Under the pieces are notes generated by a model, which worked only from the letters and a program-made list of their open reading frames with translations, was not told the origin of the DNA and made no database searches. The position numbers were made by a program, and so were the translations under genes. From the human T2T-CHM13v2.0 reference genome, Homo sapiens: a stretch of DNA of 64,000 nt. Shown here one piece after another: positions 27,598 to 50,798 of the stretch. Within the stretch, counting starts at the first letter, position 1. The number at the start of each line of letters is the position of its first letter. Location: assembly GCF_009914755.1 (NCBI RefSeq), contig NC_060927.1; one strand, written 5' to 3'.

Positions 27598-27977
27598 GTT
27601 AACATTAATAGTGTTACAGTTCTTTTAGAATTTATCTAGCAGGCTTTCTGCTTTTTGCTGGGAAGCCCATAAAAAACAAACATACAAAAAGAGCATTAAT
27701 ATCATTACATATTCTAGTTGATACTTACTACCTACCATACATCTTTCAACAAGTATTTTTTAAGTACCTACTATGTGATGGGCACATGTATTTTTATAAC
27801 ACATACAAACTATTTAAGAAACTCTCACATAATCCTAGATTAACATCTAAACCACTAGTTCTCAAACTTTTTTCTTATTAATAAACACAGTCTTATTCAG
27901 AACTTGAGATTCAAACAGATCACAGAACTGCTCTGGCTGGCTAAGGCTTACATAAGATAAGGCCCATAGTCCAATCT

Positions 27978-28652
27978 GTCAGTCTATGGAGGCTGCCATA
28001 ATAAAATACCACACACTGGGTCACTTAAACCAGTGGTCCCCAAACTTTCTGGCACCAGGGATCGGTTTCATGGAAGACAATTTTTCCACAGAGAAGGTGG
28101 GGAAAATGGGTTTTGGGATGAAACTGTTCCATCTCAGATCATCAGGCATTAGATTCTCAAACCTAGATCCCTCCCATGTGCAGTTCAAAATAGGGTTCAC
28201 GCTCCTATGAGAATCTAATGCTGCCACTGATCTGACAGGAGGCGGAGCTCAGGCGATAATGCTTGCTCACTCACCACTCTCCTCCTGCTGTGAGGCCCAG
28301 TTCCTAACAGGCCACAAAGCAGTACCGTTCCATGGCCTGACCCCTGACTTAAACAACAGAAATTTATTTTGCACACTTTTAGAGGCTGGGAAGTCCAAAA
28401 TTAAAGTGCCCACAGATTCAGTTTCTGGTGTGGGCTCTCCTCCTGGCTTGTGGACTGCCACCTTCTCACTGTGTCCTCACGTAGCAGAGAAATTGCCAGT
28501 GTCTCTTCTTCGAATCAGTTCTATCAGATCAGGGCTCCACTCTTATGACTTCCTTTAACTTCTATCACATCCCTAAAGGTTCTATCTCTAATACAGTCAC
28601 ATCAGTTAGGCTTCAACATATGAATATGGGGGACATAATTCAGTCCATAGCA
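27978..28652 (-). mobile_element. MLT1A-like MaLR LTR interrupted by MER1B
   Basis: GCTGCCATAATAAAATACCACACACTGGG..TTAAACAACAGAAATTTATT..GAGGCTGGGAAGTCCAA..CAACATATGAAT..CAGTCCATAGCA. Confidence 0.8.
28031..28346. mobile_element. MER1B (hAT-Charlie) with perfect 8-bp TSD ACTTAAAC
   Basis: Ends CAGTGGTCCCCAA...GACCCCTG; internal GGTTTCATGGAAGACAATTTTTCCAC; TSD at 28023-28030 and 28347-28354. Confidence 0.88.
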
Positions 28653-28949
28653 TCATTTCCTGAACTTTCTCTTTGATACAGATCCAAGGATATCTGGATG
28701 AAAAGACTAAAATCATTTAATTAGATAATTTAATTTTACAGAAAACTGGCAGGCAGGGAAGTTAAATGACTTGCCATAAGTCACATTAACAGTCAGTCAC
28801 AGAATTTAAGATTAGAACCCCAGTCCCTCATCTCTTCCATTCTACTCAACTTTCTCTCATCACACCATGAACAGTAGTGAAGTCATCAAGTACTCTTGTG
28901 ACATGAATGTTGAAGGAGCCACATGAGACATCATTAATCATGAAACCTC

Positions 28950-29870
28950 CCACATGAACTCCAAACTCACATAACCAATGCCTACTCAATACTATAGGTG
29001 GGTGTCTAATACACATCATCAACTTAACATGTCCAAAATCAAACTCCTAATTTTCTTCTCCAATACCTCCTTTAGCTCCCAATTTTTCCAGATGCTTGAG
29101 CCAAAATACTATGGAGTCATCCTTGACTCCTCACATCTTTTATTCAGTGCATCCGCATATCTTGTGTTAGCTCTCCTTTCAAAACATATCCAAATTTCTA
29201 TAATTAAAGGTTAAAAAAAATTTACAATCTAGCTAACTACTTTTCTCCACCTCTAATATCACCATCATGATCCAAATTGCCAATATCTCTCCATTTGAAT
29301 TATTACAAGAACATTTAACTCCATGCTTCTGTCTTTGACCCCTAGAACCTACTCTCAAAAACCAATTTGAGATCATGTCACTTCCATACCAGAACAGCTC
29401 TCCAACAGCTTCCCAACTCATACTTACTAAAACCCAAAGGTCTTATAATTTCCTCATGATTAGGATTACAATTACCTCTCTGATGTCATCTTTAAACCAC
29501 ACTCCCACTCTCACATTCCACTCCAGCCACACTGTCCTCCTTTCTGTTCCCTGTGCATGTCTGCCCTCCTCACCATTCTTAAAAAGGCCACCTTTATTAA
29601 CAAGGCTTTCCCTGACCATCCTAATTAAAATGGCATATTCCCCCATTGCTTTATTTTTCTCCTTTTTTATTTCCTTGCTTTATTTTTCTCTTTCACTTAC
29701 CATCATCTGACATACTACGTACTTGTTTAATGTTCGTCTATCCCTAGCTCCATGAGGAAAGAGATTTGTTTGTTGTGGTACTGTATCCTCAGCACCTAGA
29801 AGAGGATTTGGCGAATATTAAACGCTCGATAAATATTTGATGACTGAATGAGTGAATGCATGAATGAACA
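28950..29870 (+). mobile_element. L2 (LINE-2) 3' fragment
   Basis: CTTAACATGTCCAAAA..GGAGTCATCCTTGACTCC..CACTCCAGCCACACTG..TTCCCTGACCA..; ends ATAAATATTTGATGACTGAATGAGTGAATG. Confidence 0.75.
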
Positions 29871-30132
29871 AAGTCATAAAACTGGGCTTCAAAAGCTCAT
29901 CTTGTCTAGCATCATAACTAGAAAGTCATAAAAAAAAAAAAGTTTTTTCCCTTTCTGACAGAATAGTACAGTGAGTCGAAGCCAAAATATCAGGGATTCA
30001 TGTAGTTATGGGCCAAAATGCAACAAGGAAAGAGAATGACATATACATAGCCCTTAAGTCACTCAGAGACTTATGATTGTAGTTTTCAGCCACATAATCC
30101 TTTCCATCTGAAAATTCCCAAATATTTAGTAA

Positions 30133-30135
<3 letters not shown>

Positions 30136-30182
<47 letters not shown>
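30136..30182. repeat. (GT)n microsatellite, about 23 units
   Basis: Uninterrupted GT run. Confidence 0.97.
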
Positions 30183-30183
<1 letters not shown>

Positions 30184-30259
30184 TGGCACTGTCCTCACAT
30201 GAAAACAAACAAAATTAACTAAAAGCCCATTTACATTTATGTATAGAAATGCATAGTCC

Positions 30260-35458
<5,199 letters not shown>

Positions 35459-35585
35459 TCACCACTCCACTACTGACAATAGTGTAGAATTAGTCATGAT
35501 TCTAATTAGAGAAAAGAAAAGAATGCAGGTACCCACTCGTTACCTATACATTCAATTAACAAGTCTACTCTCCAAACCACATATA

Positions 35586-35808
35586 GATGGAGTATCTGTT
35601 ATATGAAATCCTTGCGACCAGAAGTGTTTCGGATTTTTTTTTTTTTTTCAGATTTTGGAAAGATACAAACTGGTTTAGCATGCCAAATCTAAAAATCCAA
35701 AATCCAAAATGTTCCAATGAACACTCCTCCTTTGAATGTCATGTTGGTGTGCAAAAATTTCAGATTTTAGAGCATTTCGGGTTTTCATATTAGGAATAAT
35801 CAATCAGT
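35586..35808. mobile_element. Tigger4/MER46-like DNA transposon relic
   Basis: GACCAGAAGTGTTTCGGATTTT...AAAATCCAAAATCCAAAATG..CCAATGA..CCTTTGA..GTCATGT..CAAAAA..TCAGATTTT.GAGCATTTC. Confidence 0.7.
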
Positions 35809-36968
35809 AGGTACACAGTTCCCCCAGGTGGTATGACTGGACTTTGGACTTGATTTTTAAAATAATATTCCATTTCCCCATTGGGATCCCACTCCTACTC
35901 TAAGCCCCAACTACCTAGCTGGTTACCTGACAGCTGTTTTTTCTTCTGGAGAATGGACCCTTTCCCACGGCTTCACTGTTATCTGGAAACCTAACTCAAA
36001 ATAATCAAAACTCTGAAAACTACTAGTCTGTTACCTGATGGCTCATTATCATCACTACTTAAGAGATCTGTTACCATGCTCCCCCCCGTTTTTGGATATT
36101 GACCTAAATTTACTAAGTTACCTTGGGCATTGTAATTTTTACTGCTAGTCAAATTACTTGAGCAGAAGCTCACAACGGATAGTAAATAAAGCAAATGTAA
36201 TGTATTATTCCTTTATTTTACTGGGAATCTGTTCTTCCTACTTACTTATCTTCCCCCACCAGCCATTTACAGCTTTTGGCATACTTCATGGTATAATGCT
36301 GCTGGTTTATGACAAGTAACATTAACAATGTCATATATATAAGCACAATCACTAGAATTCTAACTTCTGTGAATGTCACATACATAAAGCCATAATGAAA
36401 GACAGTTTAAAAAGATACCTTTTAATAACATGAAGGAAAAAAATTCAAAATAACATATCTATACAAATACATCCTATTGTTATTCCAGTATTTCACAGAA
36501 TAAAGAATTTGTCTATATAATTTCCTTCAGTAGCCCACAAAATATTTACCACTCCTTTCCTTAATTACCATTGTATTAAAGACATCTGATGTCAATGACA
36601 AAAACTCCAGTATTAATGCTTAAGAGCTAGGTTACATTATTTAAGTTTTTCATTTAATCTAACATCTTCAAGTCATAGGGAACTTTTTAAACTAATCTTG
36701 TTCACACTCCAGGACATTCCCACGCAAAAAAAAAAAAGTCAGATCAACAGCCAGAAAAAAAAACCAAACAACAAAAAAAACCACAGCTATATGCTGACCA
36801 CAGCATGTAGTTAGCAAAGACCATACCCTTAGCTGAAGAAATAGAGCACAATTCCTTAACCTTCAATTCCTTAACAACCTACAAACTATATTGTATTGGA
36901 GCCAATTTTATGAAGTATCAAAGTATTACCATTCTGGACCAGGAAAAAATATCTAGAAAGGACATTAT

Positions 36969-37167
36969 TAGGTTCTCAACTACAGGCAGTTTGCCCCCCA
37001 CCAGGAAACACCTATAGTTGTCACACTAGAGGAAGGAGAAAGACCACAAGCTGCCGGCATCTAGTAGCCAGGGATGCTGCTAAACATCCTATAAATTACA
37101 CGATAGCCCCTGACAACAAAGAATTATCTGGCTCATAATGTCCATAGTGATGAGGTTGGGAAACCTG
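36969..37167. mobile_element. MER20 (hAT-Charlie) relic
   Basis: GGTTCTCAAC..TTTGCCCCCC..GGCATCTAGT..CCAGGGATGCTGCTAAACATCCTA..CAACAAAGAATTATC..GAGGTTGGGAAACC. Confidence 0.8.
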
Positions 37168-38055
37168 AGACAAATGATGAAATGTGAAAATGAACTGCAC
37201 TGTATCAATGTTATATTTCCTGAATTTAGTAATTTTTCTGTGGCTTCAAAAAACAATAGCCTTGTTCTTAGGAAATACACATCAAAGTATTTAGGAATAA
37301 AGGAACATATCTCAACTTACAAATGACTCAGAAAAAAATATGTATACATGTAGTGGAAAAGAATGAATGATAAAGTAATGGGGCAATATGCAATAATTGA
37401 TTAATCTGAGTAGAGTAGATACAGAAATTTTTTTATTATTATTGCAGTTTAAAATTATACCAAAATTAAAAGCTAAACAAGTATTACCATGCCCATAAAT
37501 TTATTTTACCTGGGAAACTTGGCACAATTTCCCAATATATATGTGCAATATAGCGAATCAGCTTTCTTTTACTCCTTTCTCAAAATAAATTACCCTATCT
37601 TGAATGGATACTTGCAAATTGAACCCAAATAACTCATGTAAGCTGAAAGTATAATTTCTAAAATGTGAATTGCACAAAGTTAGAAATGCTTAGATGTCTA
37701 CCAAGGACATGACATACTATTGTATATCACAGTAAATTCATGGCCAATATCCCTGCATTGTATATTTTAGGCTTTCAATACACACAGAAAGCTGAAACCA
37801 CATAAGATCTGAACATGATCAGTGCAAATGGATATACAAGAAATAATACAAAAAGATTTTTTTAAGACTCAGATTTTCATAAGTTTAACATTAGTTCTGA
37901 ATTCTTGAATTTTATCATTTCTATTTCTGGGCAATTGTTACTTTAAACAGCATGCAACAAATTATAATAACAGCTTCATAAATAACAACAGTTTACTTTT
38001 GGAAAACAATTCTTTAAAATTTTAAATCCAGGAAAAAAAAATTTAGGGAACTTAC

Positions 38056-38133
38056 AGACGTTTGGGACATACTTGACTGCTGTGTGACACTTCCTGTGGG
38101 AGATGTAGATGGTCTTCCACTGGACAAACTTGC
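38056..38133 (-). CDS. PHC3: PHC3 coding exon 4 (ASLSSGRPSTSPTGSVTQQSSMSQTS)
   Basis: Acceptor tattttag, donor TCT|gtaagt; 78 nt, phase 0/0. Confidence 0.95.
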
Positions 38134-39239
38134 CTAAAATAGTAAGACTTTTAGAATATGTCGGTAAAAACCTGAAGTTAAGAACTTTCTGGTACCATGA
38201 TAACACAAAACCACAACAATAAATGACAAAAGGCCTATGTATGAAACAACTAATTTTATAGTCAACATGGCTTAAGCTTCGGTTAAACAGATTTTTTAAA
38301 TAAGGAAAAGCTGAATGGTGAAAACAGGGGATCCAAAGACTAATCTTATTTTATTAGCTACTTTATTGTCAGTTTCACTTTATGGGTCTCTGTCATCTTT
38401 AAAGTGGAATCACTACTCCAGAGTTATGAAAAAGAAATTAGAGCTACAGCAAGAGCCAGTGAGTGGGTTTCAGTTTCCTAACTTGTATCACAAACATGTT
38501 ATTTAAAAATTACACTACTAAGAAGCAACAGCTGAGAATCTGTTGGTAACAGAAATAAACCTTTTTCAGGTTCAGTCAATTGAGATCCTCCTCTGGTGAG
38601 GGGATTTAAGATTAAATCTTACACAGCTTTATTTAAATAGTACAATAGTAACAAAAATCTTTTTTAAAAACAAGCATTTAATAATGAAATCCTGTTATCA
38701 GTAGGAATAATATGATTGGATTTTAGAAAAATGGATATACCTATCTTTGTATAAAAAATTTCTGGAGAAATATGTATTAGATTGTTACTGTGGCCACCTT
38801 TGAAGAACGGGAAACAGTGATAGACAGGGAAAAGGAACAGCTTTACTTTATCTCTTATAAACAACTTAATATTGTTTGATTTTTTAATGAGTATAATTAC
38901 TTATATAATTTTTTTAATCTTATTTTTAGTAAAAATACAATTTATGTAAGCCTAAGTACTCACTGTTGTACCTAGAACTTTATACACATAAACTAGCATA
39001 GCATTTCTTCAATCTGGATAAAAAGCACTGAGACAAAAGCTAGAAACAGAGTAACATAAAAAAACATATCCCCTTTTTCTCAATTAACTTCTATTCGGCA
39101 ACCTATTAATATATTTCCTCCGGGAAAAATAACCACAGGACATCTGAGAACTCTGAAATAATACCCAATCTATTTATTTTCAGTAACTACCTACAGATAA
39201 CAGAAACTTTGATCTCATAAACTCTTATTTTAGTCTTAC

Positions 39240-39395
39240 CTGAACAGCAGCAAGGCTCTGAAGCTGGGAGCTGCTTAAATGCTGCTGCTGAAGAGCTGCA
39301 GTATGCAGCATCAAGTGCTGTTGTTGGGCTGCATACATTTGCTGAAGGTACTGAGCAGCTGAGCTGGGGGGCCGATGCAATGCCTGTTGAATTAC
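39240..39395 (-). CDS. PHC3: PHC3 coding exon 3 (VIQQALHRPPSSAAQYLQQMYAAQQQHLMLHTAALQQQHLSSSQLQSLAAVQ)
   Basis: Acceptor ttatcacag, donor CAG|gtaaga; 156 nt, phase 0/0; the VIQQAL..AAQYL.QMYAAQQQHLML motif is characteristic of vertebrate polyhomeotic proteins; lies within ORF 39225..39437. Confidence 0.97.
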
Positions 39396-39592
39396 CTGTG
39401 ATAAGTCAATTGAACCAATGTCAAACCATAATCTCAACCTTTATCTTAATCAGAAAATCAAAGTATAAAAAAGTGGCAGTTTAAAATTTCACTGCTTTAA
39501 TACATAATATCATCAAGCTTATTAACATTATTTCTTTCCTAGTTACATATCACTAGAAATCACTAACTTGTACACATTAAAACTACCCAGTG

Positions 39593-44654
<5,062 letters not shown>

Positions 44655-44688
44655 AATAGTATGATTATTAATTAACTTTGTTGGCTGT

Positions 44689-45330
<642 letters not shown>

Positions 45331-45456
45331 GTTGATTGAAACATTAGTAATTCTAACTGTACATTTGAGAATATGAAACAATACATAAATCCAGCTTAAG
45401 CAAAAAGTAATATGACATCTTAAGTCTTAGACTACCCATCACTACAGCTGAAATAC

Positions 45457-45622
45457 CTGTACAGCATGTCGGTCTGAACCACTGTAGACAGAGATCTGTG
45501 GCTGCTGCATTCGAGAGGAGGAAGTGGTGATGGTGGTGGTGGTGGTACTGCTGGTTGTTGTTGACACAGAAGATGTTCCCGGGTTTGGTTCAGTATCCAT
45601 AGCTGTACTATGGTCCTTAAAT
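45457..45622 (-). CDS. PHC3: PHC3 coding exon 2 (E-FKDHSTAMDTEPNPGTSSVSTTTSSTTTTTITTSSSRMQQPQISVYSGSDRHAVQ)
   Basis: Acceptor cctgccag, donor CAG|gtattt; 166 nt completes codon 60 together with exon 1; contains a second in-frame Met (MDTEP). Confidence 0.96.
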
Positions 45623-46857
45623 CTGGCAGGTCACACAAAGTGTTTGTATTGGTAAAAGCATTATCTTATGAGCTTTAAAGAATATTCATTCCAAAGAAAT
45701 AATCAGCAGTAATCTAAACTGCTAGGAAGGCTCTCATAAAAGACAGCCAACACACAGTCACTATAAGCACTTAGAAGGGAAAAATACTTCACATATATGG
45801 AGCATATTTAATAGTTAATACCTACTACATTTGAATTCAAATGATTCAGAATACGTAACTCAGATAACGCATAGCCAAAAGTTTATCTTTGCATTACCGA
45901 AAGATTTTTTTTAAACCAAAACAGGTAATGAGAGAATACTAAACTACCTAGGAAAATAAAAATTTAAGCAGTATCAGAGTATTTTAAAACATTTCTTTAC
46001 ATTCTTTTGACCACACTAATTACAAACTAAAGTCATTCTTACCTATACATTAGAACAGAATGCCTAGGGACTCATGTTAACTAGCTTAGTTTAGTTTACC
46101 ATATAAACTTTGCTTAAAAATAAGTTCTTTTTAAAAAATGTTAAAAAGTAATTTTTTTAACTCACACTGGCTTTTCCCCTAATCAGTCTACAACGCTGTC
46201 CTTACTACTTCTAATAGCTGAGTTATACTTATTAGCAGATTGCTGTGAGAACACAGAGAAGCAGCAAACAGCAACTTCCCATACCCTTACAAAATCTTTT
46301 TCACAAAGAATTACTCCAGATTTTGAAAACATAAATTATGTCACTTCCTCATGTATGGACAGTAAAGTACACTTTTATACCAGACTTTCTTCCCTCCAAT
46401 ACTATAATCTTACTTGTTGTGGTACAAAATTCCACTAAATACAGAATCTGTATTTGAATAAATTCAAACACTTTAAGTCAATTCTAAGGACCTCCATATT
46501 GTTAGAAACCAGAAGAGCAGTAGTTTTTGTCGGGCCAGAAATGTACCTCGAAGGTGAAAAGCACACAAGAGATTATACTGGTTTTATCTCCCTTTTCTTA
46601 TCGGTCTTTTCTTCTGAGAAACTAAATCCCACCCACCCCACATTAGCAGCACTGATAAAAATGTAAGAACACTTTCTATTCCATGAAAAAACAAATGAAT
46701 CTGGCACTAATTGGTACACATACACTATTACCATAGCGTTGCTTTTTTAAGTACAAATTTTCTTTGTTCTATATTACGTATGTAAACAGTATTTATATTC
46801 TCTGAGGAACCAAATGTAAAAAAAAACCGAACAAAAAAAAAAAAAAAGGAAAAGTGG

Positions 46858-47237
<380 letters not shown>

Positions 47238-48385
47238 TTATGCTTCTGTTTTTTTTTTTTTTTTCCAAACTGCCTTCCAATCAAATCACAGCATCATATG
47301 GTAACTGTTCAACATTATACAGTATTAGTGGTAGGTAAGGTAAACTTTTTACCGAACTGCTGCCTGTCATACTACTACCGTATCGTGTACCAGTGACATG
47401 CAAAAGGCCAGCTTAAGTTCTGGTTTTTTAAAAGTGTTAATCTGCTCAACTATGCCCTCCAATCCAAACAGTATGGTAAACAGTTCTAACTCCTAACCAA
47501 AAATGGTCACAGAGAATCCAAATTCTCGGCATAAGTCTAAACATCGGTTGAGCGGAACTGGCCAAACCATCGCACTGCATTTCGAGGCCTGGCACAAAAG
47601 AACAACTTTGGTAACTCCACCGTCTAGGCATACTAATACCTGCAAAATACAGCCAGCAGTTCTGGTGCACAAGAGGCCTACCCAGGAAACAGTAAGTTCT
47701 GGAGTCGTTAACTAAACATACCGTCACACCGACACACAAGAATGTGGCCCGCGTGTGAGGCAGCAACGCTGCACCCAGAGAATCGAGGGAAAGACCTTTC
47801 TTTCAGGGTGTTTTCAGCCTCACCAGACCTGCAAGCAGCCCCCGCCGCTCTCAGGCCCACGCCGGGATGCCTCCGGCACGAGGGAAGCGGGCAGCCCCGC
47901 GTGTCGGATTCTCCCGCTGAGGAGGAGTGGGGTGGCGCCGGGGCGGGAAGGAGAAGAAGGCGAAGGAGGCCTGGCAGTGCCCGCCCTGCCCTACCCAGCC
48001 TCCGCGGGCCCCTGCGCAGGCAGCCGTAACAAGGCTGCCCGCGGGGCCCACTTGCAGGAATGACAGCGCCTGAGGAGCCCACCCGGGCTCGTTCCCCGGA
48101 AAACCCCAGCTCCCGGAGTCCCAAGGGTGACCCTGCGCGCAGGGCCGCGCAGATCCGGGACCTGATGGCGGAAGGGGCGCTCCTGCCTGGAGGGTAACTG
48201 GACCCTAGAGTTCGTCTTCGCCCCGCGACACGGGCCTAGCCGGCTCCTCCACGATAGGACGGGTCTCGAGTCTCTCTTTCCCCACACTGCCCGCAAAAGA
48301 GCCCTGAGCTTTCCCCTGGGGGAACGTGTCGCTGCCCCAACTCGCCCCCCCTAGTTACGACATCAGTCACCATCTAGTCACTCAC

Positions 48386-48399
48386 TCCGCTTCCGCCAT
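48386..48399 (-). CDS. PHC3: PHC3 coding exon 1 (MAEA-E)
   Basis: aagATGGCGGAAGCGGA followed by donor GTGAGT (48385-48380), inside the CpG island; strong Kozak context. Confidence 0.93.
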
Positions 48400-48402
48400 C
48401 TT
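48393..48402 (+). promoter_or_regulatory. YY1 motif CCGCCATCTT overlapping the start codon (TISU-like)
   Basis: Matches CCGCCATnTT; the minus strand reads GAAGATGGCGGA versus the TISU consensus SAASATGGCGGC. Confidence 0.6.
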
Positions 48403-48427
48403 CTCTCCTCCATCACTAACATGGGCT

Positions 48428-48437
48428 GCGCATGCGC
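48428..48437. promoter_or_regulatory. NRF1-type palindrome GCGCATGCGC
   Basis: Perfect match to the NRF1 core (TGCGCATGCGC at 48427-48437), about 30 nt upstream of the ATG. Confidence 0.7.
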
Positions 48438-48488
48438 CCCCCGGCGGCGGGCGGAGAGGCGGGGTCGGCTCAGCCCCCGGAGCCAGAG

Positions 48489-48525
48489 GTCACGTGGCGT
48501 CCTCAGCTTCCAATCGCCCCCGCCC
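48489..48525. promoter_or_regulatory. Proximal promoter motif cluster: E-box GTCACGTGG (USF/TFE type), CCAAT (48510-48514), GC box CCCCGCCC
   Basis: Direct motif matches 90-125 nt upstream of the ATG; another GGGCGG lies near 48449. Confidence 0.55.
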
Positions 48526-50651
48526 ACCATAGGAATTGCTCTTTCTGGAAAGTGACCAGATTGCCCCCACTAAGATAACCAGTGTCTCCTCTCCAAACCC
48601 CTCTCTTTCTCTCCTCCAGGATCTTCCTCTTGGGGAGATATCTGTAATAAAGATATAAAAAGTTATCTTAGATTGTTAAATTTAAAATTTAAAGAATATG
48701 GGCGCGGTGGCTCACCTGTAATCCCAGCACTCTGGGAGGTTGAGGAGGATCTCTTGAAGCGAGGAGTTCAGGACCAGCCTTGACAATAAAGTGAGACCCT
48801 GACTCTACCAAAAAAAAGCCCAACAATAATAATAATAATAATAATAATTTTGAAGAATATCTAAAATATACCAAAGCCTATGCAAACTGCAGAGTGGTTT
48901 CAAAGAAAATACCCACGAGGATTAGAGGCTGAGGTCTCAGGGAGAAAGGAAATTCAGGGCTGGCTGCAGGGCTTGTTGCCTGGGAGCTTTGGGGCTTGAG
49001 GGTCCCAACCAGCAGTACCTCTCTCCAGCTGAAAGATAGTGTTCAGATGCCAGTGAATGAGTGGTTAAGGAATCATCCTGACTACCCTAGGCATATCATT
49101 CATGTCTTCAGTATGAATTTGCTGAGCGCTTAGTAGGAATTGCAAACTTGAACACCACAAGGAACAAGCAGGAACAGCCACCAGTTTGCTAGTGTAGTCT
49201 GCTAAATGCCAACAACTCAGGTGTGTGAGACAAACATATAAAGATAAGTAAAATAACACATTTAAATATAAATATGAAATAATAAAGATGAGTCCTTGTC
49301 TTCCAAGAAGTAGCGGAGCGGGTTTTATAGACATTTGCATACAATATAATGTGTTCTGAAGACCGGGACGATGGCTCACCCTCATAATACCAGCACTTTG
49401 GGAAGTGAAGTTGGGAGGATTGCTTGAGCCCGGGAGTTTGAGACCACCCTGGGCAACATGGGGAAATCCCATCTCTACAAAAAATACAAAAATTATCCGG
49501 ATGTCGTGGCGCGCACCTGTCATCCCAGCTACTCAGGAGGCTGAGGAAAAAGTGTTCTGAAACAGATCTATTAAGTGCTTTGGAAAGTTTAAAGTTCAAG
49601 GTGTATAATAAATCTTTACCTCCCTTTACAGGAAAAAAAAAGCATACGAACCATAAACAATGTCTCTTTTTGCATTTTGTGAGGTGATGGAGTCACAATA
49701 ATTTCAAGAACTGAGAATGAAGTATTGATATAAATCCATCCGGAAGTGTAATATGGTCTGATGAAAAGTATACTTAGTCTTAGAAATCCTATATGCCAGG
49801 ATGTGCCTAAGGAAGGGAAAAGAACACTTCCCATCTATGTGAGCTTAAATTGTCCCTTTGCCCACTTTTCCCATCTGATAACATCTTTTTTTTTTACCTT
49901 GTCTACCTAATAGCAGTACTATCTACTACTACTTCTAGAATTCATTGAGAAAGTCTCCTTTTAAAAGTCCCTGTAGACCAGGCACAGAGGCTCACTCCTG
50001 TTATACCAGCAATTTGGGGGGCCGAGGAAGGCGGATAACCTGAGGTCAGGAGTTCAAGACCAGCCTGGCCAACATGGTGAAACCCTGTCTCTACTAAAAA
50101 TACAAGAATTAGCCGGGTGTAGTGGCACCTGCCTATAATCCCAGCTACTCCAGAGGCTGAGGCAGGAGAATCGCCTGAACCTGGGAGATGGAGGTTGCAG
50201 GGAGACAGTGCCACTTCATTACAGCCTGGGAAAGAGACTGAGACTCCATCTCAAAAGAAAATAAAAAGTCCTTGTAGATGCTTTAAAATATTACTGCTTT
50301 TTCTTTCATTCTGACTTGCTCATATATCATTGTTATTAAACTTTTTTTTTTTAAATTGAGACGGAGTATTACTCTGTTGCCCGGGTTGGAGTGCAATGAT
50401 GAGATCTCGGCTCACCACAACCTCCGCCTCCCGGATTCAAGCGATTCTCCTGCCTCGGCCTTCCGAGTAGCTGGGATTACGGGCACGTGCCACCACACCC
50501 AGCAAACTTTTTCTATATTTTTGGTAGAGACGGGGTTTCACCATGTTGGCCAGGCTGGTCTTGCACTCCTGACATCAGGTGATCCACTGGCCTCAGCCTC
50601 TCAAAGTGCTAGGATTACAGGTGTGAGCCATTGCACCCGGCCTTTTATTAA

Positions 50652-50798
<147 letters not shown>

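Larger units (their letters stand above)
47745..48530. promoter_or_regulatory. CpG island / PHC3 promoter and start of intron 1
   Basis: Abrupt switch to GC-rich, CpG-dense, repeat-free sequence around exon 1 in an otherwise AT-rich, CpG-depleted window. Confidence 0.92.

Noticed and set aside
47708-48532. Several overlapping 66-138 aa ORFs in the CpG island
   Set aside because: GC-rich DNA lacks stop codons; the products are Gly/Arg/Pro/Ala-rich with no recognisable domain.
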